From assembly GCF_001644705.1 (NCBI RefSeq), contig NZ_CP015137.1, positions 1,140,001 to 1,172,000 on the forward strand: DNA of 32,000 nucleotides, read 5' to 3'. This stretch comes from Dickeya solani IPO 2222. GTDB lineage: Bacteria > Pseudomonadota > Gammaproteobacteria > Enterobacterales > Enterobacteriaceae. Made by a program: the position numbers and the translations under genes. This document shows positions 22,595-29,587 of this stretch, in pieces. The notes beneath the pieces were generated by a model. That model was not told where the DNA came from, did no database searches, and was given only the letters and a program-made list of their open reading frames with translations. Within the stretch, counting starts at the first letter, position 1. Each line of letters opens with the position of its first letter.

Positions 22595-22805
22595 GAGCCT
22601 ATCCCAGTAGGCGTTATTGGCGCAGCCAGTTTGGACTCGGACAGAGCGGAGACAACATGCAACGCATGTTGAACGGACAAAGCAATTTGTCCGGCCCAAC
22701 GGGCGAGCGCAGCGAGTAAACCGGAGCGTACACATAGTACGTGAGGATTTCGAGCACTGCCCAGGGCCAAAATGGCAAGTGAAATAGCCCTAATGGGATA
22801 GGCTC
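22595..22805. mobile_element. 211-bp MITE-like element with 12-bp perfect terminal inverted repeats and a TAA target duplication
   Basis: The left end GAGCCTATCCCA (22595-22606) is the exact reverse complement of the right end TGGGATAGGCTC (22794-22805). TAA flanks both sides (22592-94 and 22806-08). The interior is a string of short hairpins (CAACATGC-AAC-GCATGTTG, GGACAAA-GCAA-TTTGTCC, CGTAC-ACATA-GTACG). It has no coding capacity. Confidence 0.65.
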
Positions 22806-22826
22806 TAAGAACAACAGGAAACCCCC

Positions 22827-23837
22827 ATGGCCACCATTAAGGATGTCGCCAGGTTGGCGGGCGTGTCGGTCGCAACCGTGTCACGCGTCATCAACGATTC
22901 GCCGAAGGCCAGCGCACAGGCGCGCAGCGCGGTACTGCAGGCCATGCAGCAGTTGCAATACCACCCGAACGCCAACGCCCGCGCGCTGGCCCAGCAATCT
23001 ACCGAAACGCTGGGGCTGGTGGTATCCGACGTGTCCGATCCGTTTTTCGGCACTATGGTCAAAGCGGTGGAGCAGGAAGCCTACCGCACCGGCAACTTCC
23101 TGTTGATTGGCAATGGTTATCATGTGGCGCACAAGGAACGTCAGGCGATCGAACAGCTGATTCGCCACCGCTGCGCGGCGCTGGTGGTTCACGCCAAGAT
23201 GCTGCCGGATGAGGAACTCACCCAACTGATGGAACAGATTCCGGGCATGGTGCTGATCAACCGCATCCTGCCGGGTTATGAAACGCGCTGCGTGGCGCTG
23301 GATAACCGCTACGGCGCCTGGCTGGCGACCCGGCACCTGATCCTGCAGGGGCACCGCCAGATCGGCATCCTGTGTTCCAACCACGCCATCTCCGACGCCG
23401 ATGACCGTCTGGCCGGCTACCGGGACGCGCTGGCCGAACACGCGATTCCGCTGGATGAGCAGTTGATCGCCTATGGCGAACCGGACGAAAGCGGCGGCGA
23501 AGCCGCGATGATCACGCTGCTGGAACGCGGCCGCCCGCTGACCGCGCTGACCTGCTACAACGACCCAATGGCCGCCGGCGCGCTGGCGGTGCTGAGCGAT
23601 AACGGTATTGAGGTGCCGCGGGATATGTCGCTGATCGGCTTCGATGATGTGCTGCTGTCGCGTTACCTGCGCCCGCGCCTTACCACCATCCGCTACCCGA
23701 TTACCGCGATGGCGACGCAGGCGGCGCAGATCGCGCTGGCGCTGGCCAACGACACGCCGTTACCCAACGCCATCAACCTGTTCCACCCGACGCTCATTCG
23801 CCGACATTCGGTCGCCGGTTTGAATAATGGGCACTAG
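22827..23837 (+). CDS. galR: Galactose operon repressor GalR (LacI family)
   Basis: MATIKDVARLAGVSVATVSRVIN.SPKAS ... YHPNANARALAQQ.TET.GLVV.DVSDPFFG.MVKAVEQ.AY.TGNFLLIGNGYH is colinear with E. coli GalR through to PTL.RRHSV. An AGGAAA SD precedes the start. Confidence 0.95.
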   Translation: MATIKDVARLAGVSVATVSRVINDSPKASAQARSAVLQAMQQLQYHPNANARALAQQSTETLGLVVSDVSDPFFGTMVKAVEQEAYRTGNFLLIGNGYHVAHKERQAIEQLIRHRCAALVVHAKMLPDEELTQLMEQIPGMVLINRILPGYETRCVALDNRYGAWLATRHLILQGHRQIGILCSNHAISDADDRLAGYRDALAEHAIPLDEQLIAYGEPDESGGEAAMITLLERGRPLTALTCYNDPMAAGALAVLSDNGIEVPRDMSLIGFDDVLLSRYLRPRLTTIRYPITAMATQAAQIALALANDTPLPNAINLFHPTLIRRHSVAGLNNGH

Positions 23838-23869
23838 GTAGTGAGACGTTAGGACGTAACAAATGCTGG

Positions 23870-24130
23870 TAAGCCCCTTTAGCTAAAGGTGATGGTTTTA
23901 CGGCGTCAAAAACTGTGCTGAGGCAAGCGACTTCGCCGGGTGAGCCGCACGGACGCGGCGAAAGCCCGTGCCGCGTCTGACAAAAACGTTGGGAACGTTT
24001 TTGAACAGCGTTTACGCTGGCCCGCAGGGCGAGCCCCAGGGATGGGGCGAGTAACCGCGTCACGGGCGGCCCGAACAGCGAAGGTGAATGCCGAAGGAAC
24101 CGCGTTAGCGGCACAGTTTAGCCCCTAGCC
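23870..24130. repeat. Hairpin-array repeat related to the MITE at 22595..22805 (boundaries approximate)
   Basis: It shares a colinear core with the upstream element: GAC-[hairpin]-GAAC-[hairpin]-GGCCC-N3-GGGCGAGC...GCGAGTAA(A)CCG...TAGCCC(C)TA. The stems differ in sequence but remain self-complementary (AAAAACGTT-GGG-AACGTTTTT; CAGCG-TTTA-CGCTG). Further hairpins include GCCGC-ACGGAC-GCGGC, CCCC-AGGGAT-GGGG, CCGC-GTTA-GCGG, and the 14-bp palindrome CCTTTAGCTAAAGG. Confidence 0.45.
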
Positions 24131-24283
24131 AGTGGTCAAGGAGAGGCGGCGTTTGAGCCTCTTCTTGTCGTGCGTGCGATGAAATAGCAGAGAAATGACA
24201 CTGGTTGTCCAGCACGAAACCATTCACCGACCGTATAAAAATCACTATCCACGAAGCAGTAGGCTGTTTGCAAACAGCGCGGA

Positions 24284-24757
24284 TTACCTTAACGCGCGGT
24301 GATACAACCGCACCGTTTTATCGGGGTAATCCGGCGCATCGCCCAGATAACGCCAGCCGTGGCGTTCGTAGTAACCGCTGAAACCGGCGTAGAGATAGAG
24401 ATCGTGGAAGCCGCGCTCGCGGCTGAACTCGACCACAAAGCGCTGTAGCTCAGCGCCCAGACCGCGATCGCGGTAGTGTTCGTCCACATAAAGCGCCGCC
24501 AGCCAGGGGGTCAAATCCTGTCGGCTGATCAGATCGCAGCGCCATAGCCCGACGGTGCCGACCAGTTGCTCACCTTCCAGCGCCACAAACGTCAGCGGCA
24601 ATGCCTGTTTGTCCATGCTGTGATGCACCACGCTGGCAAAAAAGTCCCGGCTCAGACCCTCGCCAAACGCCTGCCACAGCCAGTCGACGACCTGCGCCTC
24701 AAAGTGCGGGTAATCCGCCAGATAGCCTATCGTTGCCTTAGACTCTATCGTTGCCAT
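24284..24757 (-). CDS. GNAT-family N-acetyltransferase
   Basis: 157 aa. It has the acetyl-CoA-binding core LAALYVDEHYRDRGLGAELQRFVVEF (Q/RxxGxG/A type). The start lies 3 nt after the stop of the upstream GntR gene, so co-transcription is likely. Confidence 0.8.
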   Translation of the reverse strand: MATIESKATIGYLADYPHFEAQVVDWLWQAFGEGLSRDFFASVVHHSMDKQALPLTFVALEGEQLVGTVGLWRCDLISRQDLTPWLAALYVDEHYRDRGLGAELQRFVVEFSRERGFHDLYLYAGFSGYYERHGWRYLGDAPDYPDKTVRLYHRALR

Positions 24758-24760
24758 GCG

Positions 24761-25528
24761 TCAGACCAGTTTTCCCTGAAAGATCGGTACCGAATCGAAC
24801 AGATAGCCGTCAAATTCCGGCGCTTCGGCATCGGATATCTCCATCAGGGTGGTTTTGACGTTTTCCAGATGCTGCCACATCGCCTGATAAGAGCCGCTAA
24901 CGTCCCGACGACGCAGCGCCGCCAGTATCGTCTGGTGGTCCGCCAGCCATTTCAGCCGGTAGCCGTGGTTGCCGACATGACTGTAAAGCTGCTGCCAGAT
25001 GGGGCTTTCGTCCCGGCAAGACCAGATATTGCTGACCGTTTCCAGCAGCATCTGGTTTTGGGTGGCACCCGCCACCTGCAGATGAAAGATTTTGTCGAAA
25101 TCGCTGCGGTAATCATTGGCGGCGATGGCCGCCTGCTCCTGCTCCAGCGTATGTCGCAAGATATCAATGTCATTGCGGGTCGCCATACGGGCGGCAAACG
25201 CGGCGATATTGCTTTCCAGCAACTGTCGCGCCTGCAGCATTTCAAACGCACCGATGCGGTTTTGCGCATTGGGGGACGGTTCCTCCGCCGACGGCACGCG
25301 CAACACGTACACGCCCGACCCCTGGCGGATATCCACCGTGCCTTCCAGCTCCAGCATCAGCAAGGCTTCACGCACAATGGTGCGGCTGACGCCGTAGGTT
25401 TCCGCAATATTCCGCTCCGGCGGAAGACGCGCCCCGACCGGGTACTCCCCCTGCTGGATTTTCTCCCGCAGGTCACACCCTATCTCCTGGTATTGCTTTC
25501 TTTCTTGTAGAACCACAACCTTCGCCAC
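24761..25528 (-). CDS. GntR-family transcriptional regulator, FadR subfamily (FCD domain), ExuR/UxuR-like
   Basis: The wHTH is LPPERNIAETYGVSRTIVREALLMLELEGTVDIRQGSGVYV. FEMLQARQLLESNIAAFAA and the C-terminal MWQHLENVKTTL are colinear with E. coli ExuR/UxuR. The start is uncertain. I chose GTG 25528 (AGGGTGG upstream) because the longer track ORF N-terminus (to 25651) is Arg/Gly/Ala-rich and unlike homologues. Confidence 0.8.
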   Translation of the reverse strand: MAKVVVLQERKQYQEIGCDLREKIQQGEYPVGARLPPERNIAETYGVSRTIVREALLMLELEGTVDIRQGSGVYVLRVPSAEEPSPNAQNRIGAFEMLQARQLLESNIAAFAARMATRNDIDILRHTLEQEQAAIAANDYRSDFDKIFHLQVAGATQNQMLLETVSNIWSCRDESPIWQQLYSHVGNHGYRLKWLADHQTILAALRRRDVSGSYQAMWQHLENVKTTLMEISDAEAPEFDGYLFDSVPIFQGKLV

Positions 25529-25654
25529 AATGCCACCCTGAACGGCCGAGAATTGAACACCGCTGCCGCCCCGACGCGGGGCTGGATACCAGGCTGCGCG
25601 CCCCTGAATCATCGCCTCGCCGGCACAACGCGCGCGTTCGTCAGGGTTCACAGC

Positions 25655-25690
25655 CTAAACGCGGACCGGGGTCTGCACCACCGGTCCGCG
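25655..25690 (-). terminator. Rho-independent terminator candidate after the Chb-type PTS operon
   Basis: The minus strand has CGCGGACCGG-(11-nt loop)-CCGGTCCGCG, a 10-bp GC-rich stem (25690->25660), followed by TTTAG. It starts 23 nt after the EIIB stop. Confidence 0.55.
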
Positions 25691-25713
25691 CGTTACTTAC
25701 AGCAATCAGAGGC

Positions 25714-26031
25714 TCAGTTTACCAAACTCAGCGCCTGATCGAGTACCTTTGCGCCGTTCAGGGTGCCGTAAGCCACCGAATCGATCACCGCGATCGGAAT
25801 TTGGTACTCGTCGGTCAGTTTCTTGTTTTCCGTCAGTTTGAAGCGCACCTGCGGCCCCAGCAGCACCGCAATGATATCGTCGCCGTAGGTTTGCAGTTCA
25901 TCCCGCAGGTTCTGTTCAGGGATGGCGTAAATCTGGTATTCCATGCCGCGCGCCGTCGCTTCCTTTTCCATTTTGGTCACCACCAGCGACGTGGACATGC
26001 CTGCCGAGCAGGCCAGTACGATCCGTTTCAT
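25714..26031 (-). CDS. PTS lactose/cellobiose-family EIIB component
   Basis: 105 aa. IVLACSAGMSTSLVVTKM contains the phospho-Cys motif of ChbB/CelA-type EIIB, followed by LLGPQV. An AGGGGGAAAG SD precedes the start. Confidence 0.9.
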   Translation of the reverse strand: MKRIVLACSAGMSTSLVVTKMEKEATARGMEYQIYAIPEQNLRDELQTYGDDIIAVLLGPQVRFKLTENKKLTDEYQIPIAVIDSVAYGTLNGAKVLDQALSLVN

Positions 26032-26039
26032 CTTTCCCC

Positions 26040-27476
26040 CTATTTATCTTCATCGTCCAGTTCTAACGCCAGCACACCGCTGTCCCGTACCTGACGGAAC
26101 CAGCTTGCCGATTTCTTCGGCCGCCGCTGCCGGTCGTGCTCCAGATCGATTTCAATCAGGCCGTAACGGTTCTTGAACGCATTCATCGGCGAGACGTTGT
26201 CGGTAAAGGCCCACAGCATGTAACCCAGACAGTTGGCCCCGTCTTCGCGCGCCTTCAGCGTCCAGTAAAGGTGCTCGGCGATGAACGCGATACGGTAATC
26301 ATCCTGCACCACGCCGCGGCTGTCTTTGAACTGACCTTCGTTTTCAATCCCCATACCGTTTTCCGACACGAACCAGGGCAGGTTGCCGTATTCGTTTTTC
26401 AGGCGCATCGCCATGTCGTAAATGATGCGGGGATTAATCTCCCAGCCACGGGACTTGTTCATCCGGCGACCGGGCAGTTCGAAATGCTCGTAGTAGTAGG
26501 CCGGGTGGAACGGCGTGTTGCTGTTCCACGCCCGGCTGGGCGCTTTGACCCGGTGCGGGTAATAGAGATTGATCCCCACCTCGTCCACGGTATTGGCGCG
26601 GATGACAGCCAGCTCTTCCTCGGTGTAATCCCAATGCACCTGATGCGTTTCCAGCAGCGCCAGCAGCTCTGCCGGGTATTCGCCCTTCAGCGCCGGATCC
26701 AGAAACACCCGGTTGTAGAACAGGTCATACAGGCGCGCCGCTTCCACATCGTGCGCGGCGCTGGAGCGCGGATAGGTCACTTCCGGATTGAGGATCACCC
26801 CGATGCTGCCGCCCTGTCGGTGGTAACCTTTGTCGCGGAACAATTGCACGACTTTGGCGGTCGCCAGATTCTTGTGATGGTTCCACTGCATCCAGACGCC
26901 GGTGTCCTGCTGGTAGGGGTAGCGCACCGCGTCCAGATAGACGCGGGTCTGCACCACGATCGGCTCGTTAAAGGTGAACCAGCGTTTAACCTTACCGGCA
27001 TAGCGGGCGAATACCGCGTCGGCGTACTGCACGAACCACTCCACCACCTGCTTCGACGACCAGCCCTGATACTTCTCGAACAGCACCGCCGGCAGCTCGT
27101 AATGTTCCAGACACAGCATCGGTTCGATGCCCTGCCGGTGCAGTTCGTCGATCAGGTTGTCGATGTAGGCGGCGTATTCCTCATCCACCACGCCGTTTTC
27201 ATAATCCAGCATGAAGCGCGACCAGTTGATGGAGGTGCGGAAATGGGTCAGCCCGGTCTGCTTCATCAGCGCCACGTCTTCGCGGTAGCGGTTGTAGAAG
27301 TCGGTAGCCACCGCCGGGCCGTAGCCGTTGTGCCACACCTGACGGTCGCGCTTGTACCACAGGTCCAGATAGGAATCCTGCCCGCTTTTCTTGCCTGACC
27401 ATCCTTCGGTCTGCCAGGCGGACGCCGCCGCCCCCAGAATGAAGCCCTCGGGAAGGGTCATTGATACCTTGCTCAT
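26040..27476 (-). CDS. GH1 6-phospho-beta-glycosidase
   Basis: 478 aa from MSKVSMTLPEGFILGAAASAWQTEGW. FRTSINWSRF, WFTFNEP (acid/base), FVSENGMG (nucleophile). The C-terminal WAFTDNVSPMNAFKNRYG has Ser where non-phospho enzymes carry Glu, consistent with a phosphorylated substrate. ATG 27476 has an AAGGGAGA SD; the track start at 27500 is a TTG. Confidence 0.88.
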   Translation of the reverse strand: MSKVSMTLPEGFILGAAASAWQTEGWSGKKSGQDSYLDLWYKRDRQVWHNGYGPAVATDFYNRYREDVALMKQTGLTHFRTSINWSRFMLDYENGVVDEEYAAYIDNLIDELHRQGIEPMLCLEHYELPAVLFEKYQGWSSKQVVEWFVQYADAVFARYAGKVKRWFTFNEPIVVQTRVYLDAVRYPYQQDTGVWMQWNHHKNLATAKVVQLFRDKGYHRQGGSIGVILNPEVTYPRSSAAHDVEAARLYDLFYNRVFLDPALKGEYPAELLALLETHQVHWDYTEEELAVIRANTVDEVGINLYYPHRVKAPSRAWNSNTPFHPAYYYEHFELPGRRMNKSRGWEINPRIIYDMAMRLKNEYGNLPWFVSENGMGIENEGQFKDSRGVVQDDYRIAFIAEHLYWTLKAREDGANCLGYMLWAFTDNVSPMNAFKNRYGLIEIDLEHDRQRRPKKSASWFRQVRDSGVLALELDDEDK

Positions 27477-27495
27477 GCCTGTCTCCCTTTCGTTT

Positions 27496-27563
27496 TTCAA
27501 TTCGCTTCGTTGTTCGATTCGCTTACGTGTTCGATCTGCTTACGTGTTCAATACGCTTAGCTT
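27496..27563. repeat. 17-bp tandem repeat x4 in the EIIC-GH1 intercistronic spacer
   Basis: The four copies are TTCAATTCGCTTCGTTG (27496-27512), TTCGATTCGCTTACGTG (27513-27529), TTCGATCTGCTTACGTG (27530-27546) and TTCAATACGCTTAGCTT (27547-27563). The last copy contains the EIIC stop codon (27557-59). Confidence 0.85.
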
Positions 27564-28897
27564 TTCGCTGCGCTGGCCTGCTCGGCTTCCGCTTCCCGCT
27601 GCGCCTGCTCGGCGCGACGGGACGCCACTTTGACGAACGGCAGGTAAATCAGGGTGGCGACGATGATGCAAACAATCTGCGTCGCCACCGCGCCCATGGA
27701 ACCGGCGGTGGACAGCCAGGCGTTGATGATCGGCGGCGTGGTCCAGGGCACCATCACCACCGCTTTGCCGGCAAACCCCATGCTGGTGGCGAAGTAACCG
27801 ATGGTGCCGGTGACCAGCGGCGTGATGATGAACGGAATCGCCAGAATCGGGTTGAGCATGATCGGCATACCGAAAATCACCGGCTCATTGATGTTGAACA
27901 CGCCCGGGCCGAAGGAGATCTTGGCGATCTCTTTCATTTCGCGGCGTCGGGAAGCGATCATCACCGCCAACAGCAGCCCGATGGTCAGCCCGGACCCGCC
28001 GATGCTCATGTACACGTCCCAGAACGGCATGGTGATGATATTCGGCACCTCGTGACCCTGCTCAAACGCGGTCATGTTCACCGCGATCGCCCCCAGCAGC
28101 AGCGGTTCGCGGATCGGCTTGATCATCTGGTTGCCGTGGATGCCGATCACCCAGAACAACTGCGCCACAAACATCAGGATCAACAGCCCCGGCAGGCTCT
28201 GCACCACCGATTCCAGCGGCTGCTGCACCACCATGTAGATAGCGTCGTACAGGTACATGCCGGTCACTTTCTGGAAGGTAAACCCAAAGGTCGCCACCAG
28301 CGTCACGGTGATGATCGCCGGGATCAACGCCGAAAACGACGCGGACACATTCGGCGGCACGCTGTCCGGCATCTTGATGCGCAGCCGGTCCACCGATTCC
28401 AGTTTGGAGTAAATCTCCACCGACAGAATGGCGATGAACATGCCGAGGAACAGGCTCTTGGTGTCGGAGAACTGGCGCGCCAGCACGTCTTTCACCGGCA
28501 AAGTCTGGCCGTTGATCACCATATCGATGGTGGTGGGGGTAATCGAAATAAAACAGATCACCGCCAGCAAACCGGGGAATAACCCGCGGGAGCCATTGAT
28601 GCGCCCCAGTTCGATGCCGATCAGGAACACCGCGCCGATGGTCAGAAAGTTCAGCGTGGCGTAGTTAATACCGCTCATAATCGGCTTGAGCGGCGCCAGA
28701 AACGAGAACATGGCGAAACTCGCCAGCCCGTTCTTGGGGTCAAGCACCATATTGGAGATCAGCACAGAGAAAGCGCCCACGATGATCACCGGCATCAGCG
28801 TGATGAACGAGGCTTTGATCGCCATGATGTATCTCAAACTGTTGAACTGGTTGGCAAAAGATCCCAATGAATCGATGGCCTGATCCTTGAATGACAT
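27557..28897 (-). CDS. PTS lactose/cellobiose-family EIIC permease
   Basis: 446 aa from MSFKDQAIDSLGSF. It is polytopic, with KMPDSVPPNVSASFSALIP, WVIGIHG, GGSGLTIGLLLAVMIASRR and FNINEPVIFGMPIMLNP colinear with E. coli ChbC. ATG 28897 has a GAGGTGGAG SD. Confidence 0.9.
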   Translation of the reverse strand: MSFKDQAIDSLGSFANQFNSLRYIMAIKASFITLMPVIIVGAFSVLISNMVLDPKNGLASFAMFSFLAPLKPIMSGINYATLNFLTIGAVFLIGIELGRINGSRGLFPGLLAVICFISITPTTIDMVINGQTLPVKDVLARQFSDTKSLFLGMFIAILSVEIYSKLESVDRLRIKMPDSVPPNVSASFSALIPAIITVTLVATFGFTFQKVTGMYLYDAIYMVVQQPLESVVQSLPGLLILMFVAQLFWVIGIHGNQMIKPIREPLLLGAIAVNMTAFEQGHEVPNIITMPFWDVYMSIGGSGLTIGLLLAVMIASRRREMKEIAKISFGPGVFNINEPVIFGMPIMLNPILAIPFIITPLVTGTIGYFATSMGFAGKAVVMVPWTTPPIINAWLSTAGSMGAVATQIVCIIVATLIYLPFVKVASRRAEQAQREAEAEQASAAKS

Positions 28898-29011
28898 AAC
28901 TCCACCTCTTTGATTTACCTGCATTTTCAGGGGTTGTTGTTATCAGAGGCTATCGCCCCCGTAGTGGCCGTTACGCGCGGAAGAATGGACGGCAGGTTCA
29001 GCGCTTTCGCG

Positions 29012-29024
29012 TTTGGCATACCAA
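29012..29024. promoter_or_regulatory. Candidate operator, copy 1 (TTTGGCATACCAA; palindromic TTGG-N4-CCAA)
   Basis: This 13-mer is identical to 29109-29121. It overlaps the predicted start region of the minus-strand (EIIC) promoter. Confidence 0.45.
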
Positions 29025-29048
29025 AAAAATAAAACAAATGAATAATTT

Positions 29049-29070
29049 TTCTGTGACATTGTTCTCACAA
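29049..29070. promoter_or_regulatory. Candidate CRP-binding site shared by the divergent EIIC and EIIA promoters
   Basis: TTCTGTGACATTGTTCTCACAA contains TGTGA-N6-TCTCA, one mismatch from TGTGA-N6-TCACA. It is centred at 29059.5, about 41-42 bp from the start sites implied by TAACAT (29090-95, plus) and TATTTT (29031->29026, minus). Confidence 0.5.
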
Positions 29071-29071
29071 G

Positions 29072-29091
29072 CCAATATTGGAATTCCAATA
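29072..29091. promoter_or_regulatory. Overlapping perfect palindromes CCAATATTGG / TATTGGAATTCCAATA (candidate central operator)
   Basis: There is a 10-bp palindrome at 29072-29081 and a 16-bp palindrome at 29076-29091, the latter containing TTGGAATTCCAA. They overlap the spacer and -10 of the predicted EIIA promoter. Confidence 0.45.
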
Positions 29092-29108
29092 ACATGGAAA
29101 ACATCAAA

Positions 29109-29121
29109 TTTGGCATACCAA
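29109..29121. promoter_or_regulatory. Candidate operator, copy 2 (TTTGGCATACCAA)
   Basis: Identical to 29012-29024. It abuts the EIIA SD (AGAGGA, 29121-29126). Confidence 0.45.
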
Positions 29122-29133
29122 GAGGACAACGCG

Positions 29134-29460
29134 ATGGAATTCGATATGGAACAGACCGTGATGGAGCTACTGATCAACGCCGGCGAAGCCCGATCCAGCG
29201 CCATGATGGCGATTCAGGCCGCCCGCGGGCAGGACTGGGCACAGGCCGACGCGCAGTTGCTGGCCTCGAAGGAGGCGGCGAAAGCGGCCCATCTTATCCA
29301 GACCCGGCTGATCGGGCTGGACGAAGGCGAAGGCAAAGTGCCGGTCAACCTGATTATGGTACACGCGCAGGATCATCTGATGACCGCCATGCTATGCCAC
29401 GATCTGGCCGAAGAGATGGTACTGCTGCGCAAAGAGCTGTTTGACCGCTCGTCAGCCTGA
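29134..29460 (+). CDS. PTS lactose/cellobiose-family EIIA component
   Basis: 108 aa from MEFDMEQTVMELLINAGEARS. LIMVHAQDHLMTAML contains the phospho-His motif, as in E. coli ChbA (LVLVHAQDHLMTSML). An AGAGGA SD precedes ATG 29134; the track start at 29038 adds 32 non-homologous codons. Confidence 0.85.
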   Translation: MEFDMEQTVMELLINAGEARSSAMMAIQAARGQDWAQADAQLLASKEAAKAAHLIQTRLIGLDEGEGKVPVNLIMVHAQDHLMTAMLCHDLAEEMVLLRKELFDRSSA

Positions 29461-29587
29461 CGACGCCGCGCCGGCAGAGAGATATTCTGCACCTGCCCCA
29501 CTGACGCTGTGCCAGTGTGCTAGTATGTGACAAAGATTGATAACAACTCTGTGACAGACTTCGGTAAAAACAGGGAAGGTGCAAACC

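Noticed and set aside
22614-22814. 66-aa ORF inside the MITE, and the 23794..24114 / 23940..24128 ORFs inside the downstream repeat
   Set aside because: They lie within hairpin-array repeat DNA, have no SD, and their reading frames are not conserved between the two related elements.
27496-27563. Possibility that the tandem repeats (also 18358-18411 and 2892-2917) are CRISPR-like
   Set aside because: The units are contiguous with no spacers, are only 13-18 bp long with 2-4 copies, and no cas genes are present.
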